Shown: positions 45,509-55,680, counted from the first letter of the stretch. The stretch is DNA of 64,000 bases from Candidatus Omnitrophota bacterium (GCA_028716965.1 JAQUOV010000001.1:70448-134447); one strand, 5' to 3'. The notes: generated from the letters alone by a model not told the origin. Numbers and translations are program-made.

Positions 45509-47326
45509 CTATTCCACGCCTTCTTGCGATAATACTTTCTTACTCGCTATGTTTTGAAAAACAGGCGAGCGAAGGAATAACTCATTATAATTACCTTGAT
45601 CTGCTATTTTGCCGTGCTCCAGGACATAAATAAGATCCGCATGCTCAAGCGTGGCCAGACGATGAGTAACCAGTATAATAGTCATGCGGTCCTTTAAATT
45701 CTTAAGGGCTGCGTACAACTGTGCTTCGGTGTGGCCGTCTAATGCGGAACTCGCCTCATCAAGTATGAGTATTTCCGGATTCCTGTATAAAGCGCGAGCT
45801 ATGCCTATCCTCTGTCTCTGTCCCCCGGAAATCCTGACTCCTCTTTCACCTACTTTAGTATCCAAGCCTTCAGGCAGGGTTTTAATGAAAACTTCCAGCT
45901 GTGCGACTCTAATCGCATATTCAACCCTTGCACGGTCTATCTCCTGCTCAAGAACACCAAAAGCGACATTAGAAATAATACTGCCATCTAACAAAAAGAT
46001 ATGTTGAGGAACATACCCTATTTTACCCTGGTATTGGACCATGTTATCCTGGCTAATGGGCATATCGCAATAATCCAGGCGGCCTTTAAGCGGAGTAAGT
46101 AATCCTGTGAGCAGGTCAATAACTGTGCTCTTACCTGATCCAGTTTCACCGACAATAGCGCAAATACGATGAAGCGGAAAAAATATAGTTAAGCCTTCAA
46201 AAATTGGATGGGCTGCTGTTTGATAGCAAAACGTCACTTCTCTAAGAGAAATATTTTTAACTTGTGAGGAAACATTGATAGTCAAAACACCCTGATGACG
46301 ATCGTAATCATTTTCTTCCTTCAACACATCGTAAACGATATTCAAGCTATTCCCGCCAAAATGAAAAGATGCTACACTTTCGTATATTTTAGAAAAGGAA
46401 GCTGAAAGACGCATCATCGCTACCGCAAATACTGACATCATCGGAATAAACTCAATAAAGGGCTTATGCGAATATATAACAAAAAATACACCTAAAAGCG
46501 CCAGAATGACAAAAACTGTTTCAAGTATCTGCTTAGGTAAACTCGACACAGTAATAAATTTTACCAGGGCACTTGTATAACTTTTTGTAGATGTAAAATA
46601 TCCAGAAGCAAAATAATCATGGACATTGTATATTTTGATCTCTTTAACAGCCCCCAGAGATTCAAGAGCATTTTTATACAGCATCACGCTAAAAGTCTCG
46701 CGCTGCGCAGCATATGCCTTTATGCGTTTCCTAAAAAAAACGTTGACCAATAACGAAAGCAACCCGAAAATAACAAAGATGGCTATCGTCAATACAGGAT
46801 ATGTGTAGATAAGAAACAAGCATACGCCAGCGAGAATAATAACCTCGGAGGCGATGGATATAGCAGGACTTAATAAATAGTTAACGCAATTGTTCGCCTC
46901 TGATGAAGTATTTTTAAATAATTCGGATGAATTGTAAACCAAATGGTAGGAGTATGGTTTTTCTAAATAAGACGAAAGAACTTTTGACGTCAGACGACTA
47001 TAGATATTACCTAAAACCTTTTGTTTCTGATAAAGCATAAAAACTGAATACGCAGATCTTGCCAATAGAATCACGCAGGTCACTGCAATTAAAATAGCCA
47101 CAAATAAAAAAGTATCAGGAGAGCCACAAACATGATAAAGCCAGTTTAATACCGGGGTTGAACTGATCTTCTGAGGGAATATAAATAAAGTCATAAGAGG
47201 AAGTACTATCGCAATGCTGAATGTCTCTAAGAGCGACAATAGCATAGCGCCCACTCCCAACAAAACTAGCCGCCTCTTTTCAGATGCAGTAAGAATATTT
47301 CTTAACTTACTTAACAGTTCTTTCAT
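45509..47326 (-). CDS. ABC exporter, fused permease-ATPase (MsbA/ABCB-type)
   Basis: Six N-terminal TM helices, then Walker A GETGSGKST, signature LSGGQRQRIGIARAL, Walker B ILILDEASSALD and an H-loop VTHRL. Confidence 0.9.
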   Translation of the reverse strand: MKELLSKLRNILTASEKRRLVLLGVGAMLLSLLETFSIAIVLPLMTLFIFPQKISSTPVLNWLYHVCGSPDTFLFVAILIAVTCVILLARSAYSVFMLYQKQKVLGNIYSRLTSKVLSSYLEKPYSYHLVYNSSELFKNTSSEANNCVNYLLSPAISIASEVIILAGVCLFLIYTYPVLTIAIFVIFGLLSLLVNVFFRKRIKAYAAQRETFSVMLYKNALESLGAVKEIKIYNVHDYFASGYFTSTKSYTSALVKFITVSSLPKQILETVFVILALLGVFFVIYSHKPFIEFIPMMSVFAVAMMRLSASFSKIYESVASFHFGGNSLNIVYDVLKEENDYDRHQGVLTINVSSQVKNISLREVTFCYQTAAHPIFEGLTIFFPLHRICAIVGETGSGKSTVIDLLTGLLTPLKGRLDYCDMPISQDNMVQYQGKIGYVPQHIFLLDGSIISNVAFGVLEQEIDRARVEYAIRVAQLEVFIKTLPEGLDTKVGERGVRISGGQRQRIGIARALYRNPEILILDEASSALDGHTEAQLYAALKNLKDRMTIILVTHRLATLEHADLIYVLEHGKIADQGNYNELFLRSPVFQNIASKKVLSQEGVE

Positions 47327-47342
47327 TGTTAAAGGATACCTC

Positions 47343-49097
47343 TTAAAGTTTTCTTACAAACTGAGCCCATTCATTACGCCATTTCGTTGACGAACGGGCA
47401 AACTGAAAACAAAAATCATTCTTTGCACGTTGTAAATCAGGATTATTCCACCACACTAAAACATCTGGCCAAATATCATTTATCTTTTTAGCTGCCGTTT
47501 CTGGTCTATCATACAATATTCCGACAGACCGTAATTTATCAAAATACGGGGAGGCAGCTTCACAGACTCTGAAATGCGCAGGATCCCAATAAATAATTGT
47601 AGGAGTATTCATGGCCAGCGCCTCAAGAAAACTGGTAGTCTGATGATCAATCACGGCAAGCCTTGTCCGAGAAAAAAAGTTGCTTAATGACCCTGTGGTG
47701 AGAAACTGATTTTCAGGCAAAATTTGCTTAATAAACTCTAGTTCTTTGGTGCCATAATCATTGAAATAAGGCCTATATTTTACTTTTTTGAGTATATCTT
47801 TTCTAAGATGCTTCAAAAATATCATTTTACTTTTCATGTAATCAATTATCTGTCCCGGTTCCAGGTAATTATTCAACCTATACAGATAGGTGCCTGTTTC
47901 TGTTCCTACAAAAATAATACTATCTTCTTTTTCTGCATGCTTTTTCAACTTGCTAAGCATTGGAGAGGGTAATGCAAGATAATTCGCATTATATATATGC
48001 TTATGCCCCCATCCCCATGTTATAAACTCTCCGGAAGTTTCATATTCAAGCTTACCAACTGGAAACGATATAGATTGACCGTAAACACCGCCGTGTTGAG
48101 TAGAAATCCAACGGCCGCCGCTCTCCAGAATAAAAGCTATATCAGAACACTCTTTTTCTGATAAATACACATCCATACCCACCCATATTTTAATATTCGG
48201 GTCGATCTTTGTGTTATATTTGTAAACGCTCAGCAGCATATCCGGTATATGCTTTAACAATATCTCTTGTACAATCTTTTCAAATTTATTTTTCGCTCCG
48301 AAATCCAAGCGGACACGATTAAGATCTTCCCTTGCAATCTTAATCATCTTAGCAGGAATATCTACCTTTTTTTTTAATAAAAATACGGGGTCACGAACAA
48401 ACTGTAAATACATCTTATCTGTTAAAGACAAGCCGTATATCTTACCTAAGAAAACAGAAGAAGTAAAAAAACTATTTAGATAATTTTTAACGTTTTCTTT
48501 AGTTGATAATAAAATTTCTCTGATGCCGCTTTTAAAACTTTTTTCTTGACTAATGGCTCTCACATTTTGAAATATACTTACCTTAGTACAGTCTAAGAAA
48601 TCAAATCGCGCGTGATTTATAATATCTGTCATCAATAGAAGATTATGATAATGGCCTTCTGTAATCCTTGAGATAAAACCCCAGAAATCTCTAACCGTGG
48701 GATCATATTGATCAAGAATCTTAACCTCGAATCTTTCCTTAAAATTCTCTCCAATATATTCCAGCCTTCTATAGCGATCGTAAACAATACCCAACCAATG
48801 ATGCAGCCATAATATCATATAAGCATTCCAAAATTTTTCGCTATACGCCAAACGATGCAAGCTATTCATAATGCTGGCCATCTTTGGAATAATCCGATTA
48901 TATAATTCATCTATATATAACGTTGAATCAAGCATATCCTGTGACTTTTCCCATGGCGATGGCGCCAACTGAAATTTATCTTGTTCAAAAAAATCATATT
49001 TATCGTTATAACAAAAACAGTGCGCGCCAAGAAAAAGCGCCTGCTTCTCATTAGTTGGCCAAGTTTCTTTATGTCCAGTTAATACTAGTTCTCGCAT
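47343..49097 (-). CDS. Large (584 aa) uncharacterized soluble protein, candidate novel transferase
   Basis: No recognised motif. It lies between the ABC exporter and pseI. There is a faint GT-B-like C-terminal region (TIIYWDP...). Confidence 0.3.
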   Translation of the reverse strand: MRELVLTGHKETWPTNEKQALFLGAHCFCYNDKYDFFEQDKFQLAPSPWEKSQDMLDSTLYIDELYNRIIPKMASIMNSLHRLAYSEKFWNAYMILWLHHWLGIVYDRYRRLEYIGENFKERFEVKILDQYDPTVRDFWGFISRITEGHYHNLLLMTDIINHARFDFLDCTKVSIFQNVRAISQEKSFKSGIREILLSTKENVKNYLNSFFTSSVFLGKIYGLSLTDKMYLQFVRDPVFLLKKKVDIPAKMIKIAREDLNRVRLDFGAKNKFEKIVQEILLKHIPDMLLSVYKYNTKIDPNIKIWVGMDVYLSEKECSDIAFILESGGRWISTQHGGVYGQSISFPVGKLEYETSGEFITWGWGHKHIYNANYLALPSPMLSKLKKHAEKEDSIIFVGTETGTYLYRLNNYLEPGQIIDYMKSKMIFLKHLRKDILKKVKYRPYFNDYGTKELEFIKQILPENQFLTTGSLSNFFSRTRLAVIDHQTTSFLEALAMNTPTIIYWDPAHFRVCEAASPYFDKLRSVGILYDRPETAAKKINDIWPDVLVWWNNPDLQRAKNDFCFQFARSSTKWRNEWAQFVRKL

Positions 49098-50144
49098 TTA
49101 TCGCACTAAACCCCATGTTAAAGGAGTACCTCTTGTAATATCTTTGCGCGCGACTTTTCTTAGTATTCTTTTATAATATTTAGGTTCGATTCCGCAGGAC
49201 GGTCTTATCGAACGGATATTTTCTTCAGTCAACTGCTCACCTCTGCTTATGTCCTTAACTGCAAAAAGCGACCTTCTAAAATCCAAGCTTGTTTTTTCCT
49301 TAGCTGTTGGCCCGTAAAAAACATCACCTACCGCTCTTTCTGCCATCCTCACACTATTAACAAGTTCTTTTAATTCGATCGGCTCAATAGAAAAAGAACT
49401 ATCCGGAGTTTTTATCTTTCGTGATAATGTAAAATGCTTTTCAACCACTATAGCCCCAAGGCAGACTGCGGCAATCGATACTGCTGTTCCAAGCGTATGA
49501 TCCGAAAGCCCCACCCGACATCCAAAACGTTTTTTCATGTCCAATATGGTGCTAAGGTTCATCTCCCTTGGATCCGCGGGATAACTGCTCACACATTTAA
49601 GAAGAGTAATATCTTTTGATCCCGACTTCTTTGCTATATTAACGGCTTCCCTTATCTCCTGAATAGTAGCCATTCCTGTGGATAATATTATGGGTTTCTT
49701 AGTTTTGGCCGCATATTCGATCAATGACAAATCAATAAGTTCAAAAGACGCAATTTTATGGAAGGGAACTTTTAGATCTTCAAGGAAATCAATAGCTGTT
49801 TTATCAAAAGCTGTCGCAAAGAATGCCAGTCCTAAATTATCCGCTATGGTTTTTAGTTTTTTGAACCATCCCCAAGGTGTATACGCCTTTTTATACAATT
49901 CGTACAGGGTCTGACCTTTCCACTTACCGCTCTTTATCTTAAAATAATCATTGTTGCTATTAAAGGTGATGGTATCAGGAGTATAGACCTGAAATTTAAC
50001 TGCATCGGCGCCTGCTTCCTTTGCCGCCTTGATCATCTTGATAGCGTTATCGATCTTTTGATAATGGTTTGCCGATATTTCCGCTATTATGAAGGCTGAT
50101 TGTTTAAAACCAATCTTCTTTTCATATCTTCCCAAATTAGCCAT
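49098..50144 (-). CDS. pseI: Pseudaminic acid synthase-like NeuB-family enzyme
   Basis: FIIAEISANHYQKIDNAIKMIKAAKEAGADAVKFQ, plus the pseB/C/G/H context. The 5' end overlaps the WbqC-like gene by 58 nt, so the real start may be a non-ATG codon further in. Confidence 0.8.
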   Translation of the reverse strand: MANLGRYEKKIGFKQSAFIIAEISANHYQKIDNAIKMIKAAKEAGADAVKFQVYTPDTITFNSNNDYFKIKSGKWKGQTLYELYKKAYTPWGWFKKLKTIADNLGLAFFATAFDKTAIDFLEDLKVPFHKIASFELIDLSLIEYAAKTKKPIILSTGMATIQEIREAVNIAKKSGSKDITLLKCVSSYPADPREMNLSTILDMKKRFGCRVGLSDHTLGTAVSIAAVCLGAIVVEKHFTLSRKIKTPDSSFSIEPIELKELVNSVRMAERAVGDVFYGPTAKEKTSLDFRRSLFAVKDISRGEQLTEENIRSIRPSCGIEPKYYKRILRKVARKDITRGTPLTWGLVR

Positions 50145-50848
50145 TTAGAAGTACCTCCTTTAATAAGCTCTAATGTTTCTTTCGGCCCTACATTCATAAG
50201 CGCATCCGCAATTGAGAGGTAAGGAATAAAGCTATGAAGCGAACCAATCTGCTTATATTCTTTCGGTGTAAAACTCTGAAATATCACTTCAATATCTGCA
50301 ACAGGGAAAACTCCATCTTCCAGCATATATTCGAAAGCCCCCTTAGCAGAGAAGTACCGCTTTGCGCCACACCAATGTAAAAGCTCTAAAACTCGCTTTG
50401 AACGTTTTGATGATACGGGAAAATCCGAGCTAAGTCGGAATTCACGCTTCAAATCTAATAGACCACAAACCATCTTGATAAAAGATATGTTCATTTCCGC
50501 TAAAGAACTAAAATCTCCAAAAATCCATTCCTTTAGAGGTTTCAACATATCCTTAAAGAATGGTGCTTTTGAATAGTTTAGCTCTATCGCCTTCCACATC
50601 TTCACCCGCCATTTTGTAGCCTCGTTAATCCTTACTTCATTTAGCGGGGCCATAAATGAGGAAGTCTTTTGAACAGGCACAGTATACCATCCTATTTTTT
50701 CTTTATTCACAAAAAGACGGTTACGCTGCTGATAACTCTGCACAGAAAATTGGAAATCATCGAGAAGTATAAAAATTTCCGATCTATATATCAACTCAAA
50801 ATATCCCTGCCAAGGCGCGAAAGTAGGCTGCATCATAGCTACATCCAT
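50087..50848 (-). CDS. WbqC-family protein (conserved nonulosonate-cluster protein of unknown function)
   Basis: MMQPTFAPWQGYFELI...ILLDDFQF... is the characteristic WbqC-like N-terminus. Confidence 0.55.
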   Translation of the reverse strand: MDVAMMQPTFAPWQGYFELIYRSEIFILLDDFQFSVQSYQQRNRLFVNKEKIGWYTVPVQKTSSFMAPLNEVRINEATKWRVKMWKAIELNYSKAPFFKDMLKPLKEWIFGDFSSLAEMNISFIKMVCGLLDLKREFRLSSDFPVSSKRSKRVLELLHWCGAKRYFSAKGAFEYMLEDGVFPVADIEVIFQSFTPKEYKQIGSLHSFIPYLSIADALMNVGPKETLELIKGGTSKWLIWEDMKRRLVLNNQPS

Positions 50849-51339
50849 TCATCCCTCCGCAATCTTAAAAAGATGATCCTGCATCCGCGACTGGACCACT
50901 CATAATCAAGATTTAATTCTGCTTCCTTGAAACCGTTCTTTTTATAAAGGTTAATGGCCGCCAAATTAAAGTCAGCAACATGTAAATAAATCTCTTTTAA
51001 GCCTAATTTTTCAAAACAGTTCTCAAGCATCCCCTTCAGTGCTTTATCACCTATACCCATTCTTCTAGCAGGATGATCCCCGATATATATCCATACCTCC
51101 GCGCTTCTTTTAGACAAATCAATGTTCTTAATACCACAGTTCCCTACATGTAAATCATCTGAGATAATCGCATATACTTTTTGCGTAGGATCGCTCAATA
51201 CCTTTTTAAAATATTGAATATGCTGGCTGTAAGATACCTCACCGCGCATGAGGAATGCTCGACGCAACTCAACATCTTGAATCCATGTAAATGTTTTATC
51301 GATGTGTTCCTTGTTAAAATCTATTAAAACGGTTTCCAT
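50839..51339 (-). CDS. pseH: GNAT N-acetyltransferase, PseH-like (UDP-4-amino-4,6-dideoxy-N-acetyl-beta-L-altrosamine N-acetyltransferase)
   Basis: 166 aa. TFTWIQDVELRRAFLM...HIQYF and a later GNAT core (IGD...RRMGIG), in pse context. Confidence 0.65.
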   Translation of the reverse strand: METVLIDFNKEHIDKTFTWIQDVELRRAFLMRGEVSYSQHIQYFKKVLSDPTQKVYAIISDDLHVGNCGIKNIDLSKRSAEVWIYIGDHPARRMGIGDKALKGMLENCFEKLGLKEIYLHVADFNLAAINLYKKNGFKEAELNLDYEWSSRGCRIIFLRLRRDEWM

Positions 51340-51342
51340 ATC

Positions 51343-52410
51343 TTAAATATCATAGTCCGTGCAACTTCGGCAAAAATCTATTTCCCCTATTTTTCCGATT
51401 TTGTTAAGCTTAAGGATATTCTTGCGTTCTTTGCCATTCCAAATCTCGTAGAGCGTACGCTCTTTGATATTACCCAGTTTTATTTCTGCATTATAAGCAG
51501 CATCACAAAGAGTAACATCTCCATTCGAAAAAATAAAACAGTCGTTGCGAGTGACGCGTAAACACGAAGTAAGGGGTTTCCGAATCCTTTGTTTTAACCC
51601 GAAAGAATTGTTAGGAAGAGTTACATACTCTAGCATATTGACGCTCACAATTTCGGCCTTTTTATAATGCATTCTAATGAAATCATCAACTTCATGACAG
51701 GTAGTCTCCTGTTCTATCATTTGACAATGCAGATATGGTCTTTTCGGCAACCCCGCAGATCCCTTTATCTCATAGAATTTATTCAGGTTATTCTGAACTG
51801 CATTAAAATCCCCCTGTGGAACAACGGTTTTATAAGCTTTCTCCGTAACCGCATGAACAGAAAAATTTATGTAGTGTAGATTTGATCCAAATACCAAGCG
51901 TATCTTCTCTTCCGTAAAATATTGTCCGTTAGTACTCATCCATATAATACCTAAGTTGTTCTTGGTACTTATATGCTTAAGGTTATCCGAAAATTCCGGA
52001 TGCAATAATGATTCTCCCAAATGATAAAGCCATATACCCTCTATACCATGACTATCTATCTCGTCTATCACTTTTCTGTAAAGCTTCCCGTCCATATCCA
52101 TCCGCGGGCGCTTCAAGCCATGCTGGGGACACATTCTACAAAGATAATTACAACGGCTAGTCATTTCAAATAATATTCTGCGTGGAAAACTTTCGCGATT
52201 CAAATAACTACTTGTGGGAGGCTGTCGCCGTATAGGAACCACGGCAAACTCTTTTCTTGCTAGCTCCTCAGCATATTTTAAATTATTCGGATCTGTAACT
52301 AACGAAAGATGCTGTGTCATCAGGACAGGGGCAATCTTTTTAAGATCAAGAAATTTTGGAATTACTGGATTATTTACTTTTACATATCTTGCAAGATCTA
52401 CAAATTCCAT
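51343..52410 (-). CDS. Radical SAM enzyme with SPASM/twitch-like C-terminal domain
   Basis: EMTSRCNYLCRMCPQ (CxxxCxxC) and a C-terminal CDAAYNAEIKLGNIKERTLYEIWNG...CRSC. A paralog of the 36423..37469 protein. Confidence 0.75.
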   Translation of the reverse strand: MEFVDLARYVKVNNPVIPKFLDLKKIAPVLMTQHLSLVTDPNNLKYAEELARKEFAVVPIRRQPPTSSYLNRESFPRRILFEMTSRCNYLCRMCPQHGLKRPRMDMDGKLYRKVIDEIDSHGIEGIWLYHLGESLLHPEFSDNLKHISTKNNLGIIWMSTNGQYFTEEKIRLVFGSNLHYINFSVHAVTEKAYKTVVPQGDFNAVQNNLNKFYEIKGSAGLPKRPYLHCQMIEQETTCHEVDDFIRMHYKKAEIVSVNMLEYVTLPNNSFGLKQRIRKPLTSCLRVTRNDCFIFSNGDVTLCDAAYNAEIKLGNIKERTLYEIWNGKERKNILKLNKIGKIGEIDFCRSCTDYDI

Positions 52411-52425
52411 ATGACTAACCTCACG

Positions 52426-53316
52426 TTATTTGTTAATTGGGCTCGCATATATCGTAACCTGCCTGCCCAGATCCAACTCAGCTAATGCCTTATATAGCTT
52501 TAAAAGTTTATCTTCCTTCCCATATTTGCGCATCAACCGTTCAAATCTTACCCGGCGCAGATGGCATATTTTACCTAAATCCGGATTGCCTACGTATACA
52601 TCCCCCATCAGCATAAATATCTCAAGCGGAAAAGAAGATTCACTATGGATAACTTTATAACCGCATTTGGATAAAAGCCTCTTTAAAGACGTCGCGGAAA
52701 AATAGTTAATGTGATTCGGTGGACATACCCACCATCTCTTCAGGCCATATTCTTTATCGGCAAGCTCCTGAAAATCGTTAAATTCATTAGGCACATCTAC
52801 TACAAGTAATCCTTTAGGCTTGATCAATTTTCTCTTAATATTTAAGAGCGTACTAGCAGGATGACGCAGGTGTTCCAAAACGTTAATCATCGTAATTATA
52901 TGAAACCGCTCTTTTCCTACACAAGAGAAATCTTCAATGCCACATTGAAAAACATTCAACCCTTTACTCTTTATATATTCCGCTCCCTCCTTAGATGGCT
53001 CCAGGCCGCTCACCCTAATACCTTTATTATGAAAGTAAAGCAGTGCTTGACCAAAACCACATCCAACATCAAAGAGTGTTAATCCTTTATGCGTTTTAAA
53101 ATATTCGCTACAATACTTGGATATTGATGCCCAGCGACTGTTGAAAAAACCCTGCTCTTCTTTTTGCACTTTTAACGATGAATCATTAAATTGTTTATAC
53201 GTAGTAGAGTAAAAATCTTCCAGATAGAATCTCTCTACCTCTTCTTGTGTTGGAATGGGGTCTATACGTAAATAGCCATATTTTGGATCAGCTATAATCT
53301 TGTATCGTTTCTTCAT
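52426..53316 (-). CDS. Class I SAM-dependent methyltransferase
   Basis: TLFDVGCGFGQALLYFHNKGIRVSGLEPS (motif I), LLVVDVPN and FDVITMINVLEHL. Confidence 0.8.
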   Translation of the reverse strand: MKKRYKIIADPKYGYLRIDPIPTQEEVERFYLEDFYSTTYKQFNDSSLKVQKEEQGFFNSRWASISKYCSEYFKTHKGLTLFDVGCGFGQALLYFHNKGIRVSGLEPSKEGAEYIKSKGLNVFQCGIEDFSCVGKERFHIITMINVLEHLRHPASTLLNIKRKLIKPKGLLVVDVPNEFNDFQELADKEYGLKRWWVCPPNHINYFSATSLKRLLSKCGYKVIHSESSFPLEIFMLMGDVYVGNPDLGKICHLRRVRFERLMRKYGKEDKLLKLYKALAELDLGRQVTIYASPINK

Positions 53317-53336
53317 AATTTTATCCCTTTAAGACC

Positions 53337-54353
53337 TTAAGAAAACATGGCATTAGCGCATCTTTGGACGCCAAGGCCATCAACCAATTTAAAACTTGCT
53401 TCTGAATACCGTTTTAATATCTCAGAGTTTGATAAAAAATAGTCTATTCTATCCCTTATGTCTGTTGCAGTGACATCTTGAGCATCGCCAAGATAGTCAA
53501 GTATTTCATTTCTTGCCAAGTACTCTATAATCCTGGCTTGATTCTCTGTTACTGTCATTACCATAGATGGCAACCCTAAGCAACAACGTTCCCAGGTCGC
53601 TATTCCGGCCGAACCTATAAACAAATCAGATTCAAGCATCAACTCGGCAATGTTCTCTACGTTATGATAACAAAAAACAGTAGCCTTATCTTTTATAAGA
53701 TGCTGCAATTCAGTCTTGTTGGGATTATCAACCCCTATAACTAGATTTACAGCGATCTCTTGTCTTTTAAGCAAAAAAACGCCTTCAAGGATATTTTTTG
53801 TTATATTTTTCATATCGCTTCCACCAAAAAAAATCAATATTTTCTTAATCAAACCGCTCCTGACTCTTGTCTTTTGTCTTGCGATGGCAAATTCCTTTCG
53901 CAAAAGTGCAAATCTCGGCCCTAGAAGCATCTGGCAATTTCCAGACACTAAAGACTTATAATGATCTTCTAAGCCTTTATATAAATTCTGATCAAGCAGA
54001 AAATCACAAATATGCTCACGACTCCCCATATCATCGATAACCATGACTTTATCTACGAAAGGCCTTATCGCTTTCTCCCATTCAATATTCAATCCATAGT
54101 TATCAATAACCAAGTAAGATGGTCCACTATTATTCGTACATATTTTTTTGATTGCTTGCGGTGAATCATCCTCAATATAAAAAATGTCACACCCGTTCTT
54201 GTTTATTAAACTTTCAAATCCTTTATTCAACCTACGGCATATAAAGGATACATGCAATCCGCGTTCAACTAAGATATTTGCCAACGCCAGACACCTTATA
54301 AGATGGCCAGAGCCTATTTCCGGCGCAGCATCAACTCTGAATAATGCTTGCAT
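53337..54353 (-). CDS. pseG: UDP-2,4-diacetamido-2,4,6-trideoxy-beta-L-altropyranose hydrolase (PseG-like, GT-B/MurG-like fold)
   Basis: MQALFRVDAAPEIGSGHLIRCLALANIL is the signature PseG N-terminus (FRxDA..IGxGHxMRCL.LA). Confidence 0.8.
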   Translation of the reverse strand: MQALFRVDAAPEIGSGHLIRCLALANILVERGLHVSFICRRLNKGFESLINKNGCDIFYIEDDSPQAIKKICTNNSGPSYLVIDNYGLNIEWEKAIRPFVDKVMVIDDMGSREHICDFLLDQNLYKGLEDHYKSLVSGNCQMLLGPRFALLRKEFAIARQKTRVRSGLIKKILIFFGGSDMKNITKNILEGVFLLKRQEIAVNLVIGVDNPNKTELQHLIKDKATVFCYHNVENIAELMLESDLFIGSAGIATWERCCLGLPSMVMTVTENQARIIEYLARNEILDYLGDAQDVTATDIRDRIDYFLSNSEILKRYSEASFKLVDGLGVQRCANAMFS

Positions 54354-54369
54354 AATATAAATTTCTCCC

Positions 54370-55680
54370 CTAGGTTAATCTCTTGAATCCGGAATGGCAG
54401 ACGGGTCCTTTCAAATAAAGTTCCGGTCTATTCTTTTTAAGCGCTTTTGATATAGAAGCAAAAACGCTCTCTACAGCTTCTAAATAAACTTCAATGTGCT
54501 TCTCTTTATGCGCATAAGAAGCATAGTAAGCGTTTGTCGCTAAGAATCCCTTCTGAAGCATGTACTGCGTAAAAAGCGTCTTCAAAACTAGAGGTTCCTT
54601 ATAATTAAAAGAGAAATGAGAAAGTGGGTATATTCCATCTACTTTTATATCTACAGAATGTCTCTCCGCTGATATTTTCCATCCATTCTGAATCTTCATA
54701 CCCATAAGGTTAAGATGTTCAGGAATATTGTTAAGTTTCATCTTTTTTATAGCGGCCAACGCTGCCGCCGGTCCAATACGGTCAGTCCAATAGGTGCTGC
54801 TGATAAAGCTATCTTGGGCGTTCTGCATAATCTTTTTTCTACCTATTATCGCTGCCATTGGAAAACCATTGCTGATAGCCTTAGCAAATACCGCTATATC
54901 CGGTTCTATATTAAACAATTTATGCGCGCCGCCAACACATAGGCGCCATCCGGAAGAAACTTCATCCATAATAAGCACGGCTTTTGCTTTACGACTTTCA
55001 TTTCTTACAACTTCCAGAAAACCGCTTGACGGATATTTGTTTCTTATCGGCTCAATAATCACAGCTGCAATTTTACCCTTATATTTATTTATCAGGCTCA
55101 AGAATGTTTGCGTATCATTATAATTAAAGGGTATGGCTGTACCCTTTAATGCACGGGGCACTCCCTTAGGTTCTAATCCCGATAATAGATGCCCATCCAA
55201 AGATTTGTCATCTGCAAGGTTAGATGCCAAATACCAATCACTCCACCCATGATAGCCGCAAAAAAGTATTAAGTCCTTTCCTGTCGCAGCGCGCGCGATT
55301 CTAACGGCAATTGCCATTGCCTCTCCACCGCATCTGGCATACCTAACCATATCAGCCCAAGGATGAAGCTTAATAAGTAATTCCGCCAACTCTACTTCTT
55401 CGGGCACATTAAGCGTTGTCATGTTGCCACAGCTTACTGCTCTTTTTACCGCTTTATCAATATCGGGATCAGTATATCCTATAATACAGGCGCCAATTCC
55501 CATATAACTCATATCTATATATCGTTTCCCATCAAGATCCCAAATTTCACATCCTTTAGCTTTACTGTAATAAGCCGGCCAGTTTTCCGGTAAGAACATC
55601 TCCGGCCGCTTTGAAAAAAGTTGCGTGCCTCCAGGTATCAACTTTTTAGCTTTTTTATATAGTTCCTGTGATTTACCCAT
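54370..55680 (-). CDS. Class-III PLP aminotransferase (glutamate-1-semialdehyde aminomutase-like)
   Basis: LIPGGTQLFSKRPE, then a PLP Lys region (FAKAISNGFP). Start trimmed to the ATG at 55680 (MGKSQELY); the track start at 55704 is a TTG. Confidence 0.75.
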   Translation of the reverse strand: MGKSQELYKKAKKLIPGGTQLFSKRPEMFLPENWPAYYSKAKGCEIWDLDGKRYIDMSYMGIGACIIGYTDPDIDKAVKRAVSCGNMTTLNVPEEVELAELLIKLHPWADMVRYARCGGEAMAIAVRIARAATGKDLILFCGYHGWSDWYLASNLADDKSLDGHLLSGLEPKGVPRALKGTAIPFNYNDTQTFLSLINKYKGKIAAVIIEPIRNKYPSSGFLEVVRNESRKAKAVLIMDEVSSGWRLCVGGAHKLFNIEPDIAVFAKAISNGFPMAAIIGRKKIMQNAQDSFISSTYWTDRIGPAAALAAIKKMKLNNIPEHLNLMGMKIQNGWKISAERHSVDIKVDGIYPLSHFSFNYKEPLVLKTLFTQYMLQKGFLATNAYYASYAHKEKHIEVYLEAVESVFASISKALKKNRPELYLKGPVCHSGFKRLT

